Shown here piece by piece: positions 1 through 8,829 of a stretch of DNA of 64,000 bases; position 1 is the first letter of the stretch; each line of letters starts with the position of its first letter. The stretch comes from Verrucomicrobiia bacterium. Its GTDB lineage: Bacteria > Verrucomicrobiota > Verrucomicrobiia > Limisphaerales > UBA11358. Below the pieces are notes generated by a model. The model was given only the letters and a program-made list of their open reading frames with translations, did not search any database and was not told where the DNA came from. Location: positions 188,521 to 252,520 of the forward strand of contig DASZXH010000053.1 of the NCBI GenBank assembly GCA_035545995.1, given 5' to 3'. A program made the position numbers and the translations under genes.

Positions 1-1723
1 TTGGCGTTTGATAGACTGCCCAACCGACCGGGCCTACGCCCCAAGGGTTGCTCAGAGACGCAATCGGTATACGGTTTTCTAGGAGACCGGTTGTAAGTGA
101 AGCAGGTTGAAACCACCCTTCAATGGTGAATGCGCCGGGAGGATTGATCTCAATCGCATAGGGAACCACTACCGCCGCGCCATTGCTGACGGTTACGGCT
201 GGGTCATTGTTGTTGGGAATGCCAGTGGCTACGCCGAAATTGACAACACCGCCGTTTGTGCCGACGTAACTTCCGTTGAAACTGCCTACGGCATCCAGCG
301 CATTGGTGCTGCCGCTCGCTTCATCCAGACGCCAATAGGCCACCGGGCCATCAGCCTCGACCACCGCCGCGTAACCATTGGTCGGAGCGTTAGCCGCGCG
401 AACTTGAACAGTAAGAGTGGCCGGGTCACTATTGGTGCTTGTGTAAGGATTACTGATAGCAACATAGTAGCTCGCGCCATTGTTGGTTAATTGAACGTTA
501 GACAGCCACAAAATCTGATTAGTAGCGCCTGCAATCGGAGAAGCTCCATTATACCATTGATAGGTCAATGGCAGCGCGCCTTCGGCCGCAATTTCAAAAG
601 CCGCCGCACTGCCGACGTTGCGAGTGATGGAGGTCAGCGGAGCGTCAATTTGGATGCCCGTCGAAACAGTGAGAGTCGCCGTGCTGCTGTTGGTGGAGCC
701 GACGCCGTTGCTGACATGAACATAATAGGTCGTGCCGTTGTCTGCAGGTGCGCAGGTGAACGACAAGGTATTGTTAGTTGCGCCACTAATAAGACTGGCC
801 CCTTTATACCACTGGTATGCCAAAGGGGCCGTTCCGTCCGCCTGGACGCTGAACTGCACACTGGTTCCCGCATAATTCGTCGTTGAAATTACATCATCCA
901 CAATGTATGGCGCAGTGGCGACCGCGCGGAAAGAGTTGGTTCCGACTTCATAATGGTTCAAAATCTGCGCGGCGGTCAGCGCGTTGGTGTAATATGCGAA
1001 TTCATCCTCATTACCATTGAAAGCCGTCGAAGGATTATTATTAAGGTTGCCGAAGAAAAGCGCGTTATAGCTTGACGCTGTTGATTGAGATTGATAAGTG
1101 GGGTCGGGTTTCGTCTGCGCCAGCGTGCCGTTGGCATACAAGGAGACATTTGTGCCATCATAGGTAAAGACCAGATGATACCACTGCCCGGCAACAAAGG
1201 GAAATGTCGCGTCCGTGTGAACGTATGTTCCGTCTGACGTGTAGACACCCCATTCATTCGGCGAATCGGGCACCTGATAGAGATACCAGCCGCCACGGAC
1301 TGCAACACTCCCCGAATAGTTGCCAATCGGACAGGGATAGACGCCTCCGGAGCTAAGAGAGGTTGGACGAAGCCAAATCTCCCATGAGAACGGAGCTTGC
1401 TCATTGAACTCATCATAATACCCGGCATAAGCAAATGCGGATTCCGACGCCGACAACAGCATGGAGTTGGTGTCTATACCGGGCTGTCCCAATTCCGGGT
1501 AAAGACTATCGCTGCTGTAAACATAGCTTCCAGGGAATTGCCCACTCGCACTGCTGTCAGCAACGGTTGTCGCTCCCGGGGCTTCTTCAAAACGATAGTA
1601 AGCAATGGGGTGATCCGCCAGGATTGTCGTGGGATAATCTGCTGCGCTCGCTACGCGAACGCCCAATAATGCGAACGCCACCACGAACGGCAGCATCTTG
1701 CGTTTCCAAGTGATAGGTTTCAT
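1..1723 (-). CDS. Secreted LamG (concanavalin-A-like lectin) domain protein with Ig-like repeats; partial, 3' end runs off the window
   Basis: Absent from the ORF track because there is no stop in the window. My reverse-strand translation from ATG 1723..1721 gives MKPITWKRKMLPFVVAFALLGVRVASAADYP (signal peptide). A LamG-like block follows (PFSWEIWLRP..GWYLYQ..GQWYHLVFTYDGTNVSLYANG), then repeats with YQWY[KN]GAS..GATN. I checked the frame codon by codon at 881-958 (NHYEVGTNSFRAVATAPYIVDDVIST). The + ORFs 107..886 are antisense shadows. Confidence 0.75.
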   Translation of the reverse strand, partial: MKPITWKRKMLPFVVAFALLGVRVASAADYPTTILADHPIAYYRFEEAPGATTVADSSASGQFPGSYVYSSDSLYPELGQPGIDTNSMLLSASESAFAYAGYYDEFNEQAPFSWEIWLRPTSLSSGGVYPCPIGNYSGSVAVRGGWYLYQVPDSPNEWGVYTSDGTYVHTDATFPFVAGQWYHLVFTYDGTNVSLYANGTLAQTKPDPTYQSQSTASSYNALFFGNLNNNPSTAFNGNEDEFAYYTNALTAAQILNHYEVGTNSFRAVATAPYIVDDVISTTNYAGTSVQFSVQADGTAPLAYQWYKGASLISGATNNTLSFTCAPADNGTTYYVHVSNGVGSTNSSTATLTVSTGIQIDAPLTSITRNVGSAAAFEIAAEGALPLTYQWYNGASPIAGATNQILWLSNVQLTNNGASYYVAISNPYTSTNSDPATLTVQVRAANAPTNGYAAVVEADGPVAYWRLDEASGSTNALDAVGSFNGSYVGTNGGVVNFGVATGIPNNNDPAVTVSNGAAVVVPYAIEINPPGAFTIEGWFQPASLTTGLLENRIPIASLSNPWGVGPVGWAVYQTP

Positions 1724-1875
1724 CGTTGATTTAATATTTTGTTTAGGTTGATTGGTGAATAGTGCGATCAATCCGTTTACGTTCATTTACCGGATCCAAA
1801 TCGGATAAACTGCACTTTTCACGCTTCTAGTATCAAACATTTCGCTGAATGCGTCTATTCACTGTTTTTGGGGGG
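1686..1875 (-). repeat. Duplicated leader plus signal-peptide start, copy 1 (partner 3243..3434)
   Basis: Shares long identical runs with 3243..3434: aacggcagcatcttgcgtttccaag, tttaccggatccaaatcggataaactgcac, ctagtatcaaacatttc, tgcgtctattc, ctgtttttgggggg. Covers the first ~12 codons (MKPI[TP]WKRKMLPF) and ~150 nt upstream of the gene. Confidence 0.85.
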
Positions 1876-2022
1876 ACCGATTTGAATGTTCTCAATTATC
1901 TTCCGAAGCGTAAGAGTTACGCCAAGCACCACTATCTCCTGAAGCCATAAGTGTCGCAGCATAGCTATGATGAATACGATCTGTCGATGAAATGATTTTG
2001 AAGGTGGGCGTACTGGGGGCGA

Positions 2023-2334
2023 GTGAAGACGCCATTGGCACGGCGGGAACAGTTGCTCAACGAGTTTGGGCGTAGTGGCTTGACTGGGAAGAAGTTCGCG
2101 GAGTTGGTGGGCGTCAGATACCAGACGTTTGCAAACTGGGCACAGAAGCAGCGGCGAGCGCGCATCGCGTATCCGGCGATAAAACGCCCCAAGCAATTAC
2201 ACAAGGCGGAAATGGTAGTGGAGCCAAACAACAGCGATAAAAATCCGCTGGTGTTGGAATTGCCTGGCGGAGCGAAGGTGGAGATAGGAGACGAACAACA
2301 GGCTGCGCTGACGGCGGCATCACTGGGGCGCTGA
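2023..2334 (+). CDS. IS66-family accessory protein TnpA-like (HTH); orphan remnant with no TnpB/TnpC nearby
   Basis: HTH-like GLTGKKFAELVGVRYQTFANWAQKQRR, and a C-terminus LELPGGAKVEIGDEQQAALTAASL typical of IS66 orf1 proteins. GTG start. No inverted repeats or transposase seen. Confidence 0.5.
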   Translation: MKTPLARREQLLNEFGRSGLTGKKFAELVGVRYQTFANWAQKQRRARIAYPAIKRPKQLHKAEMVVEPNNSDKNPLVLELPGGAKVEIGDEQQAALTAASLGR

Positions 2335-2410
2335 CCAGGCCATATTATCCTTGCCCGAAGGCACGAATCCGGTCCGGAAGAATGTTAGTGAACATTGCGG
2401 CAGCGCGCGA

Positions 2411-2446
2411 AAATAAAAAAACCGTTACCAAATTGGTAACGGCTTT
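2411..2446 (-). terminator. Rho-independent terminator for the PEP-CTERM gene (bidirectional hairpin)
   Basis: Stem ccgttacca (2422-2430) / tggtaacgg (2434-2442), loop aat. On the minus strand it is followed by a run of 8 T. Lies 16 nt beyond the stop at 2462. Confidence 0.8.
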
Positions 2447-2461
2447 TGAATGATCAAAAGT

Positions 2462-3292
2462 TTATTTTTTGAAACGACGAATTGTGCCAAGAGCCATAAT
2501 TCCAGCACCGATTAAAGCCAATGAAGACGGTTCGGGAACAGGTGTGACAGCATAAAGCGCCAGAGCACCCGTTCGCTGACCACCGGTTTGCCCATCGGTC
2601 ACCAAAGTGTCTCTCTCGCCAGCGGCATCAGCACTGACCATCATTTGGCCGCCGGGGTCTATATCTTCAGAGGCACCGCGGAACCACTCAACCCCATTGT
2701 GTCCATCGGCAGATGGAATCAAAATTTCAAGTGCATATTCCTCATTCGCAGCCAACAAGGTTTGGTCGGCAGCGGCCAACGTAAATGTGCCTTGAACCTG
2801 ACCCCCCGACGTTGCTGCGAAAGTCACAGTGTCACTGAAATCAAGAGTTATGCCTGCCGGCGAAGGAGTATACGGATTATAGGAAGCACTACTGGCACTA
2901 ACCGAAACGGTGTTCGCAGCACCTAAATCATAAAGATTGATTGTGTAAGTCGGACTCGTAATGGCAGTGACGTCCAAAAGTATGGCAAATGACCCCAAAG
3001 TAAAGGATGTGGTTGGAGTAAATGTTTCCGCGATGACACCGTAACTACCTGTAATAGTAGGGCTACCTTGAGCATTTTGTGCATCAGCCAAATTGGCATT
3101 GTTCATTGACGTATAATCAGGTGTACCGTTCCATGTGCTCAAACTGTCGCCTGAACTGTATGTAATTTGGGCTTGCGCATTGAACGCGGCAAGGACCAAA
3201 GCGCAGCTGCAGATTGCAGATGTTCCAATTTTCATTTTCATAAACGGCAGCATCTTGCGTTTCCAAGGGATAGGTTTCATTGTTGATTTCAT
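2462..3292 (-). CDS. PEP-CTERM-anchored secreted protein
   Basis: C-terminus VTPVPEPSSLALIGAGIMALGTIRRFKK is a PEP motif plus TM helix plus basic tail. N-terminal signal ends ..AFNAQAQ. The N-terminus MKPIPWKRKMLPF is shared with the gene at 1..1723. Confidence 0.85.
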   Translation of the reverse strand: MKSTMKPIPWKRKMLPFMKMKIGTSAICSCALVLAAFNAQAQITYSSGDSLSTWNGTPDYTSMNNANLADAQNAQGSPTITGSYGVIAETFTPTTSFTLGSFAILLDVTAITSPTYTINLYDLGAANTVSVSASSASYNPYTPSPAGITLDFSDTVTFAATSGGQVQGTFTLAAADQTLLAANEEYALEILIPSADGHNGVEWFRGASEDIDPGGQMMVSADAAGERDTLVTDGQTGGQRTGALALYAVTPVPEPSSLALIGAGIMALGTIRRFKK

Positions 3293-3434
3293 ATTTTGTT
3301 TAGATTGACTGTTTAACAGTGAGCTTAATCTGTTTCCATTTATTATTTACCGGATCCAAATCGGATAAACTGCACCATTCACTTTACTAGTATCAAACAT
3401 TTCTCTGATGCGTCTATTCGCTGTTTTTGGGGGG
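3243..3434 (-). repeat. Duplicated leader plus signal-peptide start, copy 2 (partner 1686..1875)
   Basis: See copy 1. The central ~40 nt (3305-3345) is divergent and the flanks are near-identical. Confidence 0.85.
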
Positions 3435-3465
3435 TTGTTTGTTAGCAAAACGACCGTTAATATCA

Positions 3466-3512
3466 CTCTACAAATTCGAGACCCCAATGCTTGTCACATT
3501 TAGCACAAGATT
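3466..3512 (+). promoter_or_regulatory. Weak variant of the conserved upstream box (copy I), ahead of the GH18-like gene
   Basis: gagaCCCCAATGcTTGTCACATTTAGCAC matches the CCCCAATG core, with TTGTCACA in place of TGACAA. The 5' dyad is missing. Confidence 0.4.
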
Positions 3513-3631
3513 TTTTACCTGTTTTCGTTATTGCCGTTGTTCTCCGATTCATCGGCAAGCGGCGCCGTCGTAATTCTGCTGATGACAGTCAGATTAAACC
3601 GAATTGGTTTCCGGTTGAAACTTTGAACTCT

Positions 3632-4528
3632 ATGAATACATACAAGCAATCCTGGCTCGTGATCGCCTGGCTTTTTGCAGCCGGCAATTCGATGAACATA
3701 AATGGCGATACTCTCTCACCACTGAAAGTTGGGACGCCCCCAAAAGTTGTCGGCGGTTATTATCCCCAATGGTCTCGCAACCCTGTATCGCTTCGAAAAA
3801 TTCCGCTGAACTACAATGTGGTATATCTGTTTGCAGCGCTACCCGTGGGTGGTGCGCCAGGCACCACCGGCGCAGTCACTTGGCCCGGAATCAGCAACTA
3901 TCCCGGCGTGTTAAAAGACGATGTCCAATACGTCCGAACAAAACAAGGCCGAAAGATAATTCTCACCATTGGCGGCTCCCACTCGGGCATGAGTTTCACA
4001 CCGGAGAAATCAAAGGCATTTATTGAGAGTATTCAGGCTATCTACACCGAATTGGGTGGAATTGACGGCATAGACTGGGATACATTTGAGGGCGATCAAG
4101 CGCCTGACACCGTAGAAATGATCAAGATCAGCCTGGCTTTAAAAGCGCTTCACCCCGGTTTTTTGATCACCACGCCGCCAGCACCTTGGAGCATGAGAGA
4201 CCGCGCTTTCTGTGCTGCCATGGTGCAAGCTGGCGTGCTCGATTATGCCGCGCCGCAATATTATGACATGGACGAAAAAATTGAACCCAGCTACATAGTA
4301 AAGAGCGTTGGCGAATGGGTCAAGTTGTTGGGTGCAGAACATGTCGTGGTAGGCTTTGGGATTAATGGCGAAAATCCTCTCTATTCGACCAAAGAAGGCG
4401 CGGTTGAGGCATGGAAGCAGATCAAAAAAAATTACCCCAACATTCGCGGTGCTTTCGATTGGAACATCGCAACGGATTGTAAAGAGGGTTGGCCATTTGC
4501 CAATGGATTGGCACCTTTGATCAAGTAA
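3632..4528 (+). CDS. GH18-like glycosyl hydrolase (chitinase / endo-beta-N-acetylglucosaminidase-like)
   Basis: GGYYPQWS, YNVVYLFAA, and GGIDGIDWDTFEG, an imperfect DxxDxDxE. Start moved to ATG 3632 (MNTYKQSWLVIAWLFAAG signal peptide), because the track start at 3491 is a TTG inside the upstream box. Confidence 0.55.
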   Translation: MNTYKQSWLVIAWLFAAGNSMNINGDTLSPLKVGTPPKVVGGYYPQWSRNPVSLRKIPLNYNVVYLFAALPVGGAPGTTGAVTWPGISNYPGVLKDDVQYVRTKQGRKIILTIGGSHSGMSFTPEKSKAFIESIQAIYTELGGIDGIDWDTFEGDQAPDTVEMIKISLALKALHPGFLITTPPAPWSMRDRAFCAAMVQAGVLDYAAPQYYDMDEKIEPSYIVKSVGEWVKLLGAEHVVVGFGINGENPLYSTKEGAVEAWKQIKKNYPNIRGAFDWNIATDCKEGWPFANGLAPLIK

Positions 4529-4581
4529 TGTGCAGCAATGAGAACCATTCTGGTCATATTTGTCACTTTGCCCAACCAGAC

Positions 4582-7239
4582 ATGAAACAACATAGAAAAA
4601 TCATCGGCTCTTTTTTAACCTGCATTTTTTTGGCCGTTTTCCAAATCTGTCCTTTGTTCGGAGATCTGGCGCAAAGCAACGAAAATTTTGTTCAACTTCA
4701 AAACGGCTGGCGTGTGCAGTCGTCATCGCTGGTGACGGCAAGCGGCGCGGCAATTTCCGTTACAGGCTTCGACGCTTCCAACTGGCGAGTGGCAACCGTT
4801 CCAAGCACAGTTTTGGCCACGCTCGTGGACGACGGTATTTACACAAACATTTTCTTCGGCACAAATCTGGCGAGGATTTCAACGTCGCCGTTCACGAATT
4901 CGTGGTGGTTCCGCAAAACATTTGATTTGAGCCACGGACAGGCCGAAGAAAACACTGATCTGGTTTTTGACGGAATCAATTACCGGGCGAATGTCTGGTT
5001 GAATGGAAAACAAATCGCGGCGGCGGACAAAACCTTCGGCGCGTTCCGCACCTTCAAATTTGACGTCACAGGTAAATTTAAATCAGGGAAAAATGTTCTG
5101 GCCGTGGAAGTGTTTCCACCGCAACCCGGCGACTTCACGATGGGGTTTGTGGACTGGAATCCAACACCGCCCGACCATGAAATGGGCTTGTTCCGTCCGG
5201 TTAAGCTGCATTTCTACAAAACCGTCGCACTGGAAAACGTCTTTGTCGAAACTAAAATTGACCACCGTAATTGGCGGGACGCGCAGCTGACGATCCACGC
5301 CGACTTGAGCAACCATTCCCGCCGTCCAGTTAAAACGATGGTCAGAGGTGAAATCGGGAATGTTTCCTTTAGCGAGCAATTCGCGCTGCAAGCCGGAGAG
5401 ACACGCGCCATCACGTTCGTGCCCGAAAATCATCCGGAGTTGAATTTCAAAAACGCCAAACTGTGGTGGCCTTGGGAATTGGGCGAGCCGCATCTTTACG
5501 AGATGAAGCTGACGGCGGAAAGTGATAGAGGTGTTTTCGACACGGAGCGGGTCCATTTCGGCATTCGTGAAGTGGCCGACGACATCAACGCCGACGGTGA
5601 TCGCGAATACATGGTCAACGGCAAAAAAATTCTCATTCGCGGCGGCGGCTGGGCGGACGAATTGTTGTTACGTGAGAGTGAAAAGAATTTGCGCGCACAA
5701 ATCGCCTACACGAAGGCGATGAATTTGAACACAATCCGGCTGGAAGGTTTTTGGGGCGAAAGCCAGCGGCTTTATGATTTGGCGGATGAAAGCGGCCTCC
5801 TCGTCATGGTCGGCTTTAGCTGTCAGTGGGAATGGAAGGATTATCTTGAAAAGGATTTCGACGAAACTTTCGGCGGCTTCGTCTCCGAAGCCGAGATGAA
5901 TCTGGCGACGAATTATCTGCACGACCAGGTTTTGTGGCTGCGGAATCATCCAAGTATTTTCGTTTGGGTGCTCGGCAGTGACAAATTGCCGCGACCGGAA
6001 TTGGAAGCGCGTTACGATGCGCTGCTGAAACAAATTGACCCGACGCGGCCAACGCTTAAATCCTGCGCCAGCGTCACCAGCTCAATCAGCGGGCCGTCGG
6101 CGGTGAAAATGAACGGCCCGTATGATTACGTCACGCCGGACTACTGGTATCTCGACAAAACGAACGGCGGCGCGTTCGGCTTTAACACCGAGACCAGCCC
6201 CGGCCCGGAGCCGCCGCCGCTGGAAAGCTTGCGGCGCATGATTCCCGCAGGCCATCTCTGGCCGATTGACAGTGTCTGGAATTTTCACTGCGGGCGATAC
6301 GAATTCGGCCAGATGAGCCGTTATCTGAACGCGTTCACGAACCGCTATAATGCGCCCAAAAGCATCGCGGAATTCGCTTTCAAGAGTCAGGCGGCAAATT
6401 ATGAAGGCATCCGTGCCATGTTCGAGGCGTTCGCAGTGAATCTGTCACACACCACCGGTATCATCCAGTGGATGCTCAATCCGTCGTGGCCAAGGTTTTA
6501 TTGGCAGCTTTACGACTATTATCTCGTCCCCGGTGGCGCGTTTTTCGGCGCAAAGAAGGGCGCCACGCCATTCGCGGTCATTTACAATTACGGCGACAAG
6601 GGAATTTATCTGGTCAACCAAACCTGCAGGAATCCTGGCGACTGCCGGACGACCGTCACAGTGTATAACTTGAACTCAAAGAAAATTCTCGAACAAACCG
6701 TGACCAATGCCGTCCCTGTTTACGGTTCAGAAAAAATCTTCGATCTGTCAAAACTTGAGCCGGATACGCCGGTTTATTTTCTGGACCTTCACACCATCGC
6801 CGCCACCGGTTCGGAAGCCAGCGCGGATAATTTTTACTGGCTTTCAACCAAACCTGACGTGCTCGACGAGGATAAAAGCACATGGTTCGTGACACCGAAC
6901 AAATCATTCGCCGATTTCAGGGCGCTCAACCAAATGCCGGAAGCGAACGTGCGGGCCAGCGTTTCCTATGCGCCCGACACCAATGGAACAGCCGCCACAG
7001 TCACATTGGAAAACTCCAGCAATACGCTGGCTTTCTTCATCGAAATGCGGATTGTGGACAAGAAATCGCAACAATCATTGACGCCGGTTTTCTGGGATGA
7101 CAATTATGTTTCGCTTCCGCCGCACGCAGTCAAAACCTTTCACGCGCTTATTCCCGCCAGCGGACAGCTAGAACTGAAATTAAATGGCTGGAACGTCAAA
7201 TTTGAATCTGTTGTCATGGGCAGCGTTCCTAAATTATGA
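4582..7239 (+). CDS. GH2 family glycoside hydrolase, exo-beta-D-glucosaminidase / beta-mannosidase-like
   Basis: Signal MKQHRKIIGSFLTCIFLAVFQ. GH2 N-terminal sugar-binding block (WRVATVPSTVLATLVDDGIY..WWFRKTF..LVFDGINYRANVWLNGKQI). The Ig and TIM regions (FGIREV..NGKKILIRGGGW) resemble CsxA-type enzymes. Confidence 0.7.
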   Translation: MKQHRKIIGSFLTCIFLAVFQICPLFGDLAQSNENFVQLQNGWRVQSSSLVTASGAAISVTGFDASNWRVATVPSTVLATLVDDGIYTNIFFGTNLARISTSPFTNSWWFRKTFDLSHGQAEENTDLVFDGINYRANVWLNGKQIAAADKTFGAFRTFKFDVTGKFKSGKNVLAVEVFPPQPGDFTMGFVDWNPTPPDHEMGLFRPVKLHFYKTVALENVFVETKIDHRNWRDAQLTIHADLSNHSRRPVKTMVRGEIGNVSFSEQFALQAGETRAITFVPENHPELNFKNAKLWWPWELGEPHLYEMKLTAESDRGVFDTERVHFGIREVADDINADGDREYMVNGKKILIRGGGWADELLLRESEKNLRAQIAYTKAMNLNTIRLEGFWGESQRLYDLADESGLLVMVGFSCQWEWKDYLEKDFDETFGGFVSEAEMNLATNYLHDQVLWLRNHPSIFVWVLGSDKLPRPELEARYDALLKQIDPTRPTLKSCASVTSSISGPSAVKMNGPYDYVTPDYWYLDKTNGGAFGFNTETSPGPEPPPLESLRRMIPAGHLWPIDSVWNFHCGRYEFGQMSRYLNAFTNRYNAPKSIAEFAFKSQAANYEGIRAMFEAFAVNLSHTTGIIQWMLNPSWPRFYWQLYDYYLVPGGAFFGAKKGATPFAVIYNYGDKGIYLVNQTCRNPGDCRTTVTVYNLNSKKILEQTVTNAVPVYGSEKIFDLSKLEPDTPVYFLDLHTIAATGSEASADNFYWLSTKPDVLDEDKSTWFVTPNKSFADFRALNQMPEANVRASVSYAPDTNGTAATVTLENSSNTLAFFIEMRIVDKKSQQSLTPVFWDDNYVSLPPHAVKTFHALIPASGQLELKLNGWNVKFESVVMGSVPKL

Positions 7240-7656
7240 TGACGGTTAATTCTGTGCCAAATTTATTGCGGTCGACGTCGGCAAACTAAAATTAAACTCG
7301 ACACGCCAATCAAAGCACGCGTGGTGCCTATGAAAAATAAATGCCGGTTAGCAGAAGCTTCACACGATGCCTAGACGTTATCCTCTTTTCAAGATATTTG
7401 CTGTCTTGAGAGGTTATGTGCTCCACCTTTTTAACACGCAACTCTATACTGGTCAGTTGCGCTTGGAGCTTTTTCTTCTCAGACTTGAGAACAGCATTCT
7501 CAGAGCACAGTTTTTCTTCTCAGATTCCGGATTTAGTTGGTCGAGTTTATACACGGAATAAAGTGACACAGAATGCACCAGTTTCAAGAAAGGCGAAAGT
7601 TGGAGTGATAAAGGTTGTTAGTCTCGATTCTCAAAACCATCTAAAACGACAGCAAG

Positions 7657-8685
7657 TTATTTTTCTAAATAACGGATCACTGCTTCCGTTCGCGTGCCGA
7701 CTTTGAGCTGTTCAAAAATTTTCTTTATATGCCCATGCACCGTCCAAACACTAATGCCCATGGCTTGTGCAATTTCCTTGTCTACGCAACCTTTGCTCAA
7801 CAGCGCCAACACTTCGCCTTCGCGGCGGGTGAGCTTGGCCAACGCCGAGTTGTCATGGTTGGAACGCAACTGCAGGAGTTCCTGAAAATAATATTTGACC
7901 CGCATTAAGAGGTCGTCTGTCATCAGTTCCGAACGACTGGCGACATTTAAAATCGGCTCCAGCAAACGGTCTGGCTTGACCCGCTTAACCAAATATCCTC
8001 CAGCTCCGCCGGGTGTTGAAACGAACATCTGATCAGCATCTACATGGATCGAATAAGTGAGAGTCGGCACTCCAGGCTGGATTGGCGCGATATTGCCGGC
8101 AGGTTTGAAGCCGATGCGACCGGCTAAATTTCGATTTAAAAGCACCATGCGAGGCTTGTGATAAGCCAATGCGTCGTTAAAAGATTCAATTGATTCGCAG
8201 GCAATGCTTCCGAATCCGGGTTGTTGGTCAATGCTCCAACACAAAGCACGGCGGACGCCTGCGTCCTGTTCCACTATCAGCACACGTTGCCGATTGGGGT
8301 TCGTCGGAGAAAATTCATTGGCTGGTCCTGACTGTTTTCCTACCAGCGTATGAATGGTGGTATAAGTCCACAATACTGGATTCATGCACCACTCGAAGCT
8401 CACGATCAGTTCACGCGGAAAATTTTGAAAAGCACTGCTCCAGCCCTGCTTTACAACCATCTGATAAATCTGTGACGCCTTAACTGCTGCCGTTTCCGCA
8501 TCCGGCGTGCCGAGCGGGAAAAAATAACCTATGCCGCTATATTCAATGCGCGTGGCCAAATCCTGTTCGGTCGCATTCGAGGCGGGGAAGTGGTAACGAC
8601 GCAGAATCAAACGGTCTTTCCAATTATTTATATCAGCGGCTGGCTGAACTTTTTTGGAATTTTTGGTAGATCCTTGCTTCAACAT
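7657..8685 (-). CDS. Atypical LuxR/GerE-family regulator: unknown N-terminal domain + pseudo-receiver + HTH
   Basis: C-terminal LTRREGEVLALLSKGCVDKEIAQAMGISVWTVHGHIKKIFEQLKV. Receiver-like core RVLIVEQDAG..PRMVLLNRNL..GGYLVKR, with Asn where the phospho-acceptor Asp is expected. ATG 8685 is preferred over the TTG at 8721. Confidence 0.7.
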   Translation of the reverse strand: MLKQGSTKNSKKVQPAADINNWKDRLILRRYHFPASNATEQDLATRIEYSGIGYFFPLGTPDAETAAVKASQIYQMVVKQGWSSAFQNFPRELIVSFEWCMNPVLWTYTTIHTLVGKQSGPANEFSPTNPNRQRVLIVEQDAGVRRALCWSIDQQPGFGSIACESIESFNDALAYHKPRMVLLNRNLAGRIGFKPAGNIAPIQPGVPTLTYSIHVDADQMFVSTPGGAGGYLVKRVKPDRLLEPILNVASRSELMTDDLLMRVKYYFQELLQLRSNHDNSALAKLTRREGEVLALLSKGCVDKEIAQAMGISVWTVHGHIKKIFEQLKVGTRTEAVIRYLEK

Positions 8686-8829
8686 CGGTCTTATGAAAAA
8701 GCTTTTGGCTGGTGCCGTCAACTCACAACGAGACGATCATCATATAGGAGGGTTGCTCATTAATAATATATTGCCTTTAAAATTTAGAACCGCTTAAACT
8801 ATCATCTGTTCGCGTCAAGCTCACAAAAT

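Noticed and set aside
107-886. Two + strand ORFs (127 and 131 aa) at the left edge
   Set aside because: They lie antisense to a continuous minus-strand frame with a signal peptide and LamG/Ig motifs. Their own sequences are Arg/Gly-rich and show no motifs.
1724-1875. Possible sigma-54 promoter in the duplicated leader (tggtgcag..)
   Set aside because: The GG/GC spacing does not fit TGGCAC-N5-TTGCA, and the GG is absent from copy 1.
7367-7650. ORFs and short ttcttctcaga repeats in the GH2/LuxR convergent intergenic region
   Set aside because: The sequence is low-complexity with no motif support, and I found no clear hairpin/T-tract terminator that I could defend.
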